Positions 20,030 to 28,319 of a DNA stretch of 64,000 nucleotides are shown here, piece by piece (within the stretch, counting starts at the first letter, position 1; each line of letters begins with the position of its first letter). The position numbers and the translations under genes were made by a program. Below the pieces are notes generated by a model. That model saw nothing but the letters and a program-made list of their open reading frames with translations. It made no database searches and was not told where the DNA came from. The DNA is from Candidatus Omnitrophota bacterium. GTDB taxonomy: Bacteria > Omnitrophota > Gorgyraeia > Zapsychrales > Zapsychraceae. The stretch is taken from the NCBI GenBank assembly GCA_015233405.1, contig JADFXT010000001.1:18238-82237 (forward strand). The letters are read 5' to 3'.

Positions 20030-21712
20030 ATGCAAATAGGACTATCGTTAGTTAAAAACGGGTTAATTTCCCTAGAGCAATTGGATTTGATTTTAGCAGA
20101 GCAGCAAAAAACCCAGGAGCGCATTGGCGATATCGCCATCAGGCTCGGTTTCGTTAACCCTCATCAACTCGCTCCTTTCATCGCCGAGCATTTCAGCCTT
20201 CCTTTCGTAGAACTCAAAAAAAATTATAAAGCCATCAAGCCCGAGATCATTAGCCTGATCCCGGAAGATTTGGCTTATCGTTTTGTCGTCATTCCTCTGG
20301 AGATGGAAAATAATGCCTTGGTCCTCGCCGTCGCGGATCCTTTAAATATTGTCGCCGATGACACGCTCAAATTAAAGACGGGATTGAAGATCAAGCACAA
20401 GGTGGCCTCCGCCGAGGATATTATTGAAGCCATTGATTATTGTTACCATCAACTTCCACGGCTTAAAGAGCATATCAATCATTTTATTGAACTTGAGCCG
20501 CAATCGGCGGTGGAGAAAGATTTTGAGAAATTGCGCATTGAAGCCAATGACCCGCCGGTCGTCAAATATGTCCATCATCTGATCGTCCAGGCCGTTAACA
20601 GCGATGCGAGCGACATCCATATTCAGCCTAAACAAGATAAGGTCCGGTTGTGTTTCCGCGTCGACGGGATTTTGTATGATTTCGATCCGCCGCCGAAGAG
20701 CATGCTCGCGGGCATCATCACGCGTATTAAGATTTTGGCGGGGCTCGATATCGCCGAACGGCGCTTGCCGCAGGATGGACGTTTTAAGATGGTCGTCGGA
20801 GCGGTGGAAATCGATGTGCGAACCTCGTGTTTTCCGACGATTTACGGCGAGAATATTGTTATGAGAATTTTAAATACCTCCAGCCCTTTATTGGGATTGG
20901 AACAGCTAGGATTTTCTCAAGAGGACGTTGTGAAATTCCGGGAATTGATTCACAGACCGTATGGTTTGATCCTCGTCACCGGTCCGACGGGAAGTGGAAA
21001 GACAACAACCCTTTATACCGCTTTAAATGAAATTAAATCCTCGGATAAAAATATGATCACACTTGAGGACCCCGTCGAGTATAGGTTGCCGTTCATTCAG
21101 CAATCCCAGATGAATTCTGTCATAGGATTTGATTTTGCCCGAGGATTACGGTCGGTCTTACGCCAGGACCCGGATGTCATCATGGTCGGAGAAATCCGTG
21201 ACAAAGAAACGGCCGAGATCGCTATTCATGCGTCGTTGACGGGACACTTGGTTTTCTCTACACTGCACACCAATGATGCCACGGGGGCGACGGTGCGCCT
21301 GATCAATATGGGCGTGGAGCCGTTTTTGATCACCTCGTCATTGATCGGCGTTTTGGCCCAGAGGTTGATCCGTTCCATCTGCCATAATTGCCGTAAAGAA
21401 TATTTGGTCAACGAGGAATCGCTGGAGAGATTATCTTTGGATGAAAAGCTGCATAAGTTTTTCAAGGGCCAAGGATGCTCGAATTGTTTAAACAGCGGAT
21501 ATCGAGGACGGTCGGCCATTTTTGAATTGCTTACGGTCAACGATGCGGTCCGTAGCCTGATCCTCAAACGTTCGTCGAGTGAAGAGATCAAGCGTCAGGC
21601 CCAGGCCGACGGAATGAAGACGCTGCGCGAAAGTGGTATTGAGAAAATCAAGATGGGGATAACCACGGTCAGCGAAGTTTTACGTGTCACCCAGGAAGCG
21701 GAGAGCATTTAG
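20030..21712 (+). CDS. pilB: Type IV pilus/T2SS assembly ATPase (PilB/GspE family) with N-terminal MshEN-type domain
   Basis: Walker A GPTGSGKTTT; Asp box; His box; tetracysteine CHNC..CSNC; N-term QIGLSLVKNGLISLEQLDLILAEQ matches MshEN c-di-GMP motif. Confidence 0.9.
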   Translation: MQIGLSLVKNGLISLEQLDLILAEQQKTQERIGDIAIRLGFVNPHQLAPFIAEHFSLPFVELKKNYKAIKPEIISLIPEDLAYRFVVIPLEMENNALVLAVADPLNIVADDTLKLKTGLKIKHKVASAEDIIEAIDYCYHQLPRLKEHINHFIELEPQSAVEKDFEKLRIEANDPPVVKYVHHLIVQAVNSDASDIHIQPKQDKVRLCFRVDGILYDFDPPPKSMLAGIITRIKILAGLDIAERRLPQDGRFKMVVGAVEIDVRTSCFPTIYGENIVMRILNTSSPLLGLEQLGFSQEDVVKFRELIHRPYGLILVTGPTGSGKTTTLYTALNEIKSSDKNMITLEDPVEYRLPFIQQSQMNSVIGFDFARGLRSVLRQDPDVIMVGEIRDKETAEIAIHASLTGHLVFSTLHTNDATGATVRLINMGVEPFLITSSLIGVLAQRLIRSICHNCRKEYLVNEESLERLSLDEKLHKFFKGQGCSNCLNSGYRGRSAIFELLTVNDAVRSLILKRSSSEEIKRQAQADGMKTLRESGIEKIKMGITTVSEVLRVTQEAESI

Positions 21713-21744
21713 TTTTTTGTCATCCACGAATGCTTTTTTGATTT

Positions 21745-21872
21745 TGTCATCCCCGCAATTTTTAGGCGGGGATCCAGGGTAAAAGTTATTTCAGCAAGCA
21801 TCAAAAATTTGAAAAGCATTTATTGGATTCCCAATCATTTCTGGATAAAAAATCAAGGAAGTTGGGAATGAC
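21745..21872 (+). repeat. MITE/REP-like repeat, copy F (degenerate partial copy just upstream at ~21719)
   Basis: GTCATCCCCGCAATTTTTAGGCGGGGATCCAGGG...GGATTCCCAATCATTTCTGG...GTTGGGAATGAC. Confidence 0.8.
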
Positions 21873-21957
21873 ATAATGTTTGTGCAAGTGAAACATGGGG
21901 TTTCCCCTCCAACTTGTGGGGAGGGAAAATCGATGTCGAATATAGAGAGGAATTTTT

Positions 21958-23172
21958 TTGATGGAATTTCAATACGTCGCCCTTGATAAAAACGGCCAAC
22001 ACGTCAGTGCCACCGCAACCGCGGATTCCGTCGCGGCCCTCATTAGCCGTTTAAAAAACAAAGGATTCATTCCTTTGCGCGTTTCCGAAACAAGGCAAGC
22101 AAGCGCGCAGATTTCTAAAATAAAAAAGATTTTTATCCCGCAGATCACATCCAAAGAGCTGGTCGTCTTTACCCGTCAGCTGGCCACGATCCTTAATTCC
22201 GGTGTTCTGTTGACCGACGCTATCATGACGATCGCCGAGGATATGGACAATCAATATTTTTGCGATATCCTCAAAGACGTTTGGACGGATATTAACGGCG
22301 GCAAAACTCTTTCACTAGCTTTATCTAAGTATCCCATTTTTCCGACGACATATACCGCTGTTGTCAAATCCGGTGAAGAGGTCGGGAATCTCGGCAACAC
22401 GCTGATGGGCCTGGCAAAATATCTTGAGGATTCTGAACGCACGAAAGAAAAAATTGTCAACGCCATGCGTTATCCGACATTTCTTTTTCTATTCATGCTT
22501 CTTATTGTGTCGGCCATGGTCATATTTCTTATTCCTAAATTTAGCCGCCTGTTTTCAAATGCGGGAGTCGAACTGCCTTTATTGACGAGGATCGTGGTCG
22601 GTTTTAGCGATTTTTGTCTCAAGAATGCCGCACTCGAGATCCTTGGCATCACAGGTTTAGGGTTTCTGGTCTGGCATCTTTTAAAGAATCCGGAGATCCG
22701 ATATAAATTTGATTACTATATTTTGAAGCTTCCTATCATCGGGAATTTGGCGCTTAAGGCGCTCATTTCCCAATTTTGCCGGACCTTCGGCATTTTGATT
22801 TCCGGCGGCGTCAGCATGGTCGCGGCCTTAGCGGTCTCAAGCGACGTCATGAAAAATTTGTATTTAAATAATATTATCGACCAGGTCAGAGCAAAAGTCA
22901 TTTCCGGAGAGGCTTTAAGCGATGCCATGAAAGCGCATAAAATGATGCCGCGGATCATGGTCAAAATGATCGCTGTCGGCGAGAAATCCGGGAAACTCGA
23001 TGAAATGTTGACCAAGACCTCGGATTATTATGACCGGGACCTGGAATCCGCGCTAGATGGTTTTACGTCTTTGCTCGAGCCGGTCTTTGTGGTCTTGATC
23101 GGCGGGATCGTTCTGATTGTCGCCTTAGCACTTTATTTACCGATCTTTAAATTGTCGGCGACAGCGCACTAA
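21958..23172 (+). CDS. pilC: Type IV pilus/T2SS inner-membrane platform protein (PilC/GspF family)
   Basis: Two T2SSF repeats, three TM, 404 aa, collinear with 40592-41800. Confidence 0.9.
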   Translation: MMEFQYVALDKNGQHVSATATADSVAALISRLKNKGFIPLRVSETRQASAQISKIKKIFIPQITSKELVVFTRQLATILNSGVLLTDAIMTIAEDMDNQYFCDILKDVWTDINGGKTLSLALSKYPIFPTTYTAVVKSGEEVGNLGNTLMGLAKYLEDSERTKEKIVNAMRYPTFLFLFMLLIVSAMVIFLIPKFSRLFSNAGVELPLLTRIVVGFSDFCLKNAALEILGITGLGFLVWHLLKNPEIRYKFDYYILKLPIIGNLALKALISQFCRTFGILISGGVSMVAALAVSSDVMKNLYLNNIIDQVRAKVISGEALSDAMKAHKMMPRIMVKMIAVGEKSGKLDEMLTKTSDYYDRDLESALDGFTSLLEPVFVVLIGGIVLIVALALYLPIFKLSATAH

Positions 23173-23206
23173 GAAAGTTCACTGTCATGAACGCTGCTTT
23201 GTACTT

Positions 23207-23390
23207 GTCATCCCCGCGAAGGCGGGGATCCAGGATACAGGGTGAACTCCGGCGTGGATAAGGAACAAGCAGATAAAAAAATGACGTCGGGAATGGAATA
23301 TAGCATTGGTTGAGAACGGTAATCTAAAATAGATAGATTTATTTGATAATCTGATTTAATTCTTTGGATCCCCGCCTTCGCGGGGATCAC
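23207..23390 (+). repeat. Composite MITE-like element with perfect ~24-bp terminal inverted repeats, copy G
   Basis: GTCATCCCCGCGAAGGCGGGGATCC (23207-23231) ... GGATCCCCGCCTTCGCGGGGATCAC (23366-23390); internal GGGAATGG fragment. Confidence 0.75.
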
Positions 23391-23484
23391 AAGAATGGAA
23401 ATTAAAGGAGGTGATTTTTAAAACAGAATCCCCAATCGTTTTTTTAAGCAAACCAACTGCTCACAAACAAAAAAGGAGAGAGCA

Positions 23485-24000
23485 ATGATGAATAAAAAAG
23501 GTTTTACAATGGTCGAATTACTGGTGGTCTTGTTGATCATCGGTATTTTGGCTGCAGTCGCGGCTCCGCTGTATCTTTCAAACACGGACAAAGCCAAGGT
23601 TTCCGAGGCTGTTGGGGCTATGAGCCTTATTCGCCAAGCGGAAAGAGATTATTATTTATCACATAATTCAACTTATCTTGATGTTGCTTTGGGAAAATTA
23701 TCTGGTTCTCCGGATGATTCGACTGCAGGCAATAGAGGTTTGGGGATTAATGTTGGTGCCGTCCAATATTTTGCAACCGGAGCTTATAGCGTAAGCACTT
23801 CTGGGACGTTTCCTTCAACTGCAGGGCTTACGGCTGTAAATTTTGTGATTACAGCAAATCCTAATGGCATTGCGGATGTGACTGCTGGAGATGGAGCTCG
23901 TAGCTCGTCGCAGGTTCAGAATTATCGTGTCATAATGGACAATAGCGGGAAAGTCTTTTATAGCACAGACAGTGGGACAAATTGGAAAGCTTATAATTAA
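23485..24000 (+). CDS. pilA: Type IV pilin (prepilin-type N-terminal cleavage/methylation domain); probable major pilin
   Basis: KKGFTMVELLVVLLIIGILAAVAAP class III signal with Glu5; RBS AAGGAGAGAG. Confidence 0.85.
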   Translation: MMNKKGFTMVELLVVLLIIGILAAVAAPLYLSNTDKAKVSEAVGAMSLIRQAERDYYLSHNSTYLDVALGKLSGSPDDSTAGNRGLGINVGAVQYFATGAYSVSTSGTFPSTAGLTAVNFVITANPNGIADVTAGDGARSSSQVQNYRVIMDNSGKVFYSTDSGTNWKAYN

Positions 24001-24032
24001 GGATTTTTTATCATTGAAAATCCGAAGCACGA

Positions 24033-24194
24033 ATATCGAAATCCGAAACAAATCTTAAATCCCAAGCATCAAACATTTTAGATTTAGAATTTAAGTGGTT
24101 TTGTTTCGGATTTCGATATTCGGATTTCGAGCTTTTTTACTCCTGGATTTCGATATTCGGATTTCGAGTTTTTTTACTCCTGGATTTCGACATT
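24033..24194 (+). terminator. Complex repeat/terminator-like region downstream of the pilin gene
   Basis: 20-bp perfect inverted repeat ATATCGAAATCCGAAACAAA (24033-24052) / TTTGTTTCGGATTTCGATAT (24100-24119); two tandem 37-bp units CGGATTTCGAGCTTTTTTACTCCTGGATTTCGATATT (24121-24157, 24158-24194), each with a T-run. Confidence 0.5.
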
Positions 24195-24219
24195 CGAGTT
24201 TCGGATTTCTTATAAGAAT

Positions 24220-24615
24220 ATGTTAAATCGGTTAAATCATAAAGGTCTTACCTTAATTGAGTGCATGATGTCACTTCTTTTGATAGGCATCGTCGTGGCA
24301 GGAAGCACGTCTTTTTATTTGTATGCCAATAATTATCTAAAATCCGCGACCAATAAAAGAATCGCCATGGAAATGGCAAGCGCCAAAATGGAACAGATCA
24401 AGAATGTCGCTTATGCCAATCTGGCGAATGAAACTGCCACATCGGTGATCATTAACGGAGCCATTACCGGCAGCCAAACTGTGACAGTCTCCGACGTAGA
24501 TGATGACGCTAACGGAACGAATGATTATAAGAAAGTAGAAGTGGCCATTGCCTGGAACCAGCCCGGCGTCACAGGATCTCAGCAAGTTGTTTTGGATACT
24601 TTAATCGCGCCATGA
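24220..24615 (+). CDS. Minor pilin/pseudopilin (prepilin N-terminal domain)
   Basis: HKGLTLIECMMSLLLIGIVVAG. Confidence 0.7.
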   Translation: MLNRLNHKGLTLIECMMSLLLIGIVVAGSTSFYLYANNYLKSATNKRIAMEMASAKMEQIKNVAYANLANETATSVIINGAITGSQTVTVSDVDDDANGTNDYKKVEVAIAWNQPGVTGSQQVVLDTLIAP

Positions 24616-25097
24616 TGAATAAAAAAGGTTTTACGTTAACGGAATTGATCGTCGCGTTGATCGTCAGTATCGTCTTGATGATGACCGTCGGGGCCATTGC
24701 GTCCATCGGAAATGATTCTTACAGCAATTTGATGAAGGAAGCCAACATTTACAACGATGTTTATTTTGGATTGGATTTGATCCAGAGCCTTAGTCATAAA
24801 GCCACGACTATCAGCGTCGATACGGTCAACAAGACGCTCACCATAGACAAACTTGTTTTTAGTGTTTCCAAGAAAAAGATCACCGATACTGTTTCGGATT
24901 TTATTTATACGAACACTTTGACGAATGCTCAGACGATTCTTTTTTCCGGTGTTGGCAATCTTTCGTTTGTTCCGTCTTTAAGCGCGGACGGAAAAATTGT
25001 CACGGCAAGTTTAAGCGGAACGAAAAGTTTTGGAGGAATCAATACGAGTAAGGCTGTGACTTTTAATGTTTCGACGAGTGCTATGAGGAGAAACTAA
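24612..25097 (+). CDS. Minor pilin/pseudopilin
   Basis: KKGFTLTELIVALIVSIVLMM. Confidence 0.75.
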   Translation: MMNKKGFTLTELIVALIVSIVLMMTVGAIASIGNDSYSNLMKEANIYNDVYFGLDLIQSLSHKATTISVDTVNKTLTIDKLVFSVSKKKITDTVSDFIYTNTLTNAQTILFSGVGNLSFVPSLSADGKIVTASLSGTKSFGGINTSKAVTFNVSTSAMRRN

Positions 25098-25098
25098 C

Positions 25099-26790
25099 GT
25101 GCGTAGTGAAAGAGGAGCTATTTTAGGTCTGGTCATGGTGTGCATCATGGCGTTTACCATGCTGGGGTTAGGTGCGGTCTATTTTTCCGGCGCGCAGTCC
25201 CAGGCAGCGCAAATGAGAATAGCGTCCATTCAAGCCTTTTGGGCGGCCGAGGGTGGAGCCCAGGCGGGTGTTTATAAATTAAATGATTTGATCAATGTTC
25301 ATTTGAGAAATTATATTAATAATTCAACGGCTGATAATGTCAAAAATTTTGCCAGTTCCAAGGTCACATCCAAAGATGGCATTGGCTGGCTTATCGGTAG
25401 TGTGGTGGATGGAGGGACGCAACTTTTGACGAAAACTGGAAGTACCGCCACCTATGCGATCAATTCAACATCCATCGGCAACGGCCCCACCTATCAAGGA
25501 ACGATTGTTATTTCTCAAACCGTTAATCCGCAAACGATCGTCACCAATGCTAGCTGGAGATTTTTTTATAATTATGCGCTTCAATTAACCGGAACAGCGT
25601 CTGGGGTCAAGAAAAAGATCCAATTAAGCGGGGTTTTCACTGTTAATGTGCAGTATGACAATTTTGCCCGATATGCGCTTTTTGTGAATAACAATACGCT
25701 TCCGGATGGTACCCTCGTCTGGTTTGCGAATTCAACAACGTTCTCCGGGCCGCTTCAGACCAATGGGCAATATAATTTTTGGGGTAAGCCTGTTTTCTAT
25801 GGGGAAGTCACGCAGCACAATAGTTCTGCTAATTTTTATAATAACGGTCATCAGGTGTCTCTCAATTCGGACCATAATGGGACAATCGATGTGCCGACGT
25901 TCTCTCAAGGTTTTGTTCGCGGCGCCGCGACCGTTGACCCTTCGCAAAGCCCTATTAAGGAACAAGATATTATCGATCAATCGACGGGAAAAACTAAACT
26001 CAATGGCAATGGGACTTTTGTGCCTAATGATGGAACAAAATTAATCGGCGGTATTTATGTCAATGGCAATGCGGACAATGTCCTTTTAGGCGTTGATGCT
26101 CAGGGGCAGGCAACCTATCAAATTACCCAAGGGAAAACAACAAGCACGATTACCGTTAACACAGCGAATAAAACGACGACATTTAATGACGGCAAAACAT
26201 CAAAGACATATAACGGAATACCGGATGGGATCAGTCATTCTGGAACAATTCTTTATGTCAATGGGCAGATTACCGCCTTATCAGGGACCGTGCAGAAAGA
26301 TTCTGCGGTCACGATTTCCACCAAAAACGATATTCTGATCAATAATAATATCCAGTACCAGCAACGGACAGCGGCGAAGGGAACTCCGGGAACGACAGGT
26401 TACGTGGCGGCGACGGCAGATGGTTTTAATAATATGTTGGGGATTTTGTCCTGGGAAGGAAATGTGCGTATTCCGACATCAGCGCCGAATAATTTGAACA
26501 TCGACGGAATTGTCATGGCGCCCATCGGTGTTTTTTCCGTTGATAATTATAATTCCGGTAGCCCTCGAGGAACCGTCAATATCTTGGGGGGCGTTATTAG
26601 CAATTATTACGGAGCGTTCGGGACTTCGGATGATGGCAAAACAATGAAGACGGGTTATGGGCGTAATTTTAGTTATGATGATAGAACTCTTTTAGGCAAC
26701 ATCCCGCCATATTTTCCGGGCTTAAACACCTTTGCAGCATTTACGACAGATATCCGCGACCAGGTGGCTTGGCAAGAAGGCGGTTTCTAA
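25099..26790 (+). CDS. Large GspK/PilX-like minor pseudopilin (563 aa)
   Basis: N-term RGAILGLVMVCIMAFTMLGLGAVYF (GspK-like, no Glu5); C-terminal block GYGRNFSYDDRTLLGNIPPYFPGLNTF..WQEGGF shared with 45344-47128. Confidence 0.6.
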   Translation: MRSERGAILGLVMVCIMAFTMLGLGAVYFSGAQSQAAQMRIASIQAFWAAEGGAQAGVYKLNDLINVHLRNYINNSTADNVKNFASSKVTSKDGIGWLIGSVVDGGTQLLTKTGSTATYAINSTSIGNGPTYQGTIVISQTVNPQTIVTNASWRFFYNYALQLTGTASGVKKKIQLSGVFTVNVQYDNFARYALFVNNNTLPDGTLVWFANSTTFSGPLQTNGQYNFWGKPVFYGEVTQHNSSANFYNNGHQVSLNSDHNGTIDVPTFSQGFVRGAATVDPSQSPIKEQDIIDQSTGKTKLNGNGTFVPNDGTKLIGGIYVNGNADNVLLGVDAQGQATYQITQGKTTSTITVNTANKTTTFNDGKTSKTYNGIPDGISHSGTILYVNGQITALSGTVQKDSAVTISTKNDILINNNIQYQQRTAAKGTPGTTGYVAATADGFNNMLGILSWEGNVRIPTSAPNNLNIDGIVMAPIGVFSVDNYNSGSPRGTVNILGGVISNYYGAFGTSDDGKTMKTGYGRNFSYDDRTLLGNIPPYFPGLNTFAAFTTDIRDQVAWQEGGF

Positions 26791-26818
26791 ACATAACGTG
26801 TTTCTAGTGACATATTAA

Positions 26819-27778
26819 TTGAGAGGGATTATGAAAGAAAGATTATTTAAGATTGAAGTTTGTTCTCCCGAAGGGTTGTGCGAAGATTTAAGGTCTTTGC
26901 CTGAGGCGACGGAAAAAGAAGCGCGCCAAGCGCAGGTCAGCGTTTATGGTTCGAAGGTTCTCGTACGCCAATTTGAATTGCCGACGATGGCGGCAGGTGA
27001 GGTGAAAGGGGCTTTAAAGCTCGAAGCGGCTGAGATTTTATCTTTATCGCCGGAAGAGATTGATTTGGAATTTCATATTTCTCATGCCGGCCAGGATAAG
27101 ACCAAAGGATATTTTCTAGCCATGCCGGTCAAGGTCTTACAGCAATATCTGTCTTGTTTTGAGAAGACTGACGTGGCCTTGGTTAAGTTGACCGCACGAA
27201 TGCTAACGGCGGCCGGTGATTTTCTTGCCAAAGAAAAACAGGTCGCAAAGGATTTTTGTTTGCTCGATTTCTTTAATGGCAATATGCTCAATCTGGCTGT
27301 TTTTATCGACGGGCATTCAGAGCTTTTAAGAGAAATTCGTTATGATTCCCCGGAAGAGGCGGAGAAAGAAGTGATGAATTCACTAAGATATGTTTGCGGC
27401 CGCAGTTCCTGCAAGTCTTTGAATAAAATTTATTTTACCGGCGATGTTTCTGATAAGGGTGAACTGACTTCTCATTTGCAAAAGAAGATCGAGGACGGCA
27501 GTATTTTAAAACATTCTGAATTGCTTTCTTCCGGACGTTTAACTGCAGAAGATTTCTGGAAAATGAATTTATTGAGGGCCCACAGGTCGATTCGTCAAAG
27601 GCTTTTGTGGATAGAAAGTGTCGCACTTGCCGTTTGTCTTGTGATGTGTGTGATTCTCGGCGGGAAAATCGTCAAAGGACAAGCGACCATCAAAAACTTG
27701 CGAGCTTCTTTAGGAGGCTTTGTAGATAATGCTCAAACTCAAGGATTAGAAAAAAAGGCGGAGAAATTTAATCTATGA
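26819..27778 (+). CDS. Putative GspL/PilM-like assembly-platform protein (degenerate actin-like cytoplasmic domain + C-terminal TM)
   Basis: Position after the K-like gene; CLLDFFNGNMLNLAVFIDGHSELL resembles the PilM LLDMGESVSTLTILVD block; TM LLWIESVALAVCLVMCVILGG. Confidence 0.35.
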   Translation: MRGIMKERLFKIEVCSPEGLCEDLRSLPEATEKEARQAQVSVYGSKVLVRQFELPTMAAGEVKGALKLEAAEILSLSPEEIDLEFHISHAGQDKTKGYFLAMPVKVLQQYLSCFEKTDVALVKLTARMLTAAGDFLAKEKQVAKDFCLLDFFNGNMLNLAVFIDGHSELLREIRYDSPEEAEKEVMNSLRYVCGRSSCKSLNKIYFTGDVSDKGELTSHLQKKIEDGSILKHSELLSSGRLTAEDFWKMNLLRAHRSIRQRLLWIESVALAVCLVMCVILGGKIVKGQATIKNLRASLGGFVDNAQTQGLEKKAEKFNL

Positions 27779-28197
27779 TCAATAGACAAAATGAGTTCTT
27801 AATGTTCTTAAAAAAAGATAAAAAGTTGCAAGCCAGCACCTTGATCCTTATTGTTGCTTTTTGTGCGCAGATGGTTTTGCTGGGGATTGATAAGAAACAG
27901 TCTTTGGAAATACAGAAATTACAACAGTCGCTGGAGAAAAAGAAGGCAGCTTTGCGTCTTATGCAGGTAAGGCCCAATTCCCCAGGAGTTTCTAAGACCT
28001 CGGCTCTGGCCGTGGAAGATCCTGGTCTGCCATCTTTGTCGGGAATCGTTTTTTCCAAGGAAATGCCCCGGGCGATCATTGATAATAAAATAGTCGTGGT
28101 CGGTGATAAAGTGAAGTCCAACAAAGTTGTTAAGATCACTGAAAATACGGTTGTCTTAAATGACGGGACGAAAGACTTTACCCTATTCTTGAAATAA
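27775..28197 (+). CDS. Putative PilP/GspC-like protein (N-terminal TM, C-terminal HR-type beta domain)
   Basis: C-term AIIDNKIVVVGDKVKSNKVVKITENTVVLNDGTKDFTL resembles 52302-52673 AIINDKVVKEKDIIGQFTVLKIEKNRVVLEK. Confidence 0.35.
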   Translation: MINRQNEFLMFLKKDKKLQASTLILIVAFCAQMVLLGIDKKQSLEIQKLQQSLEKKKAALRLMQVRPNSPGVSKTSALAVEDPGLPSLSGIVFSKEMPRAIIDNKIVVVGDKVKSNKVVKITENTVVLNDGTKDFTLFLK

Positions 28198-28319
28198 ACC
28201 AACCCCTTGAAGAAGTATTTTTTTAAAACGAATCTTTACTTATATTTTTTTTATGTATAATATAGATGTATCTTGAAATCCAACCTTTAGTTCCCTAATT
28301 TATAAGTGGGAGGAGAGAA

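Noticed and set aside
21885-21925. Small hairpin TTTCCCCTCC-AACTTGTG-GGGAGGGAAAA upstream of pilC as another MITE copy
   Set aside because: It lacks the GTCATCCCC/GGGAATGAC termini. It is probably just a local stem-loop next to MITE F.
24121-24194. Possible CRISPR array (direct repeats)
   Set aside because: Only two adjacent 37-bp units with no unique spacers between them and no cas genes. It is a tandem duplication, not a CRISPR.
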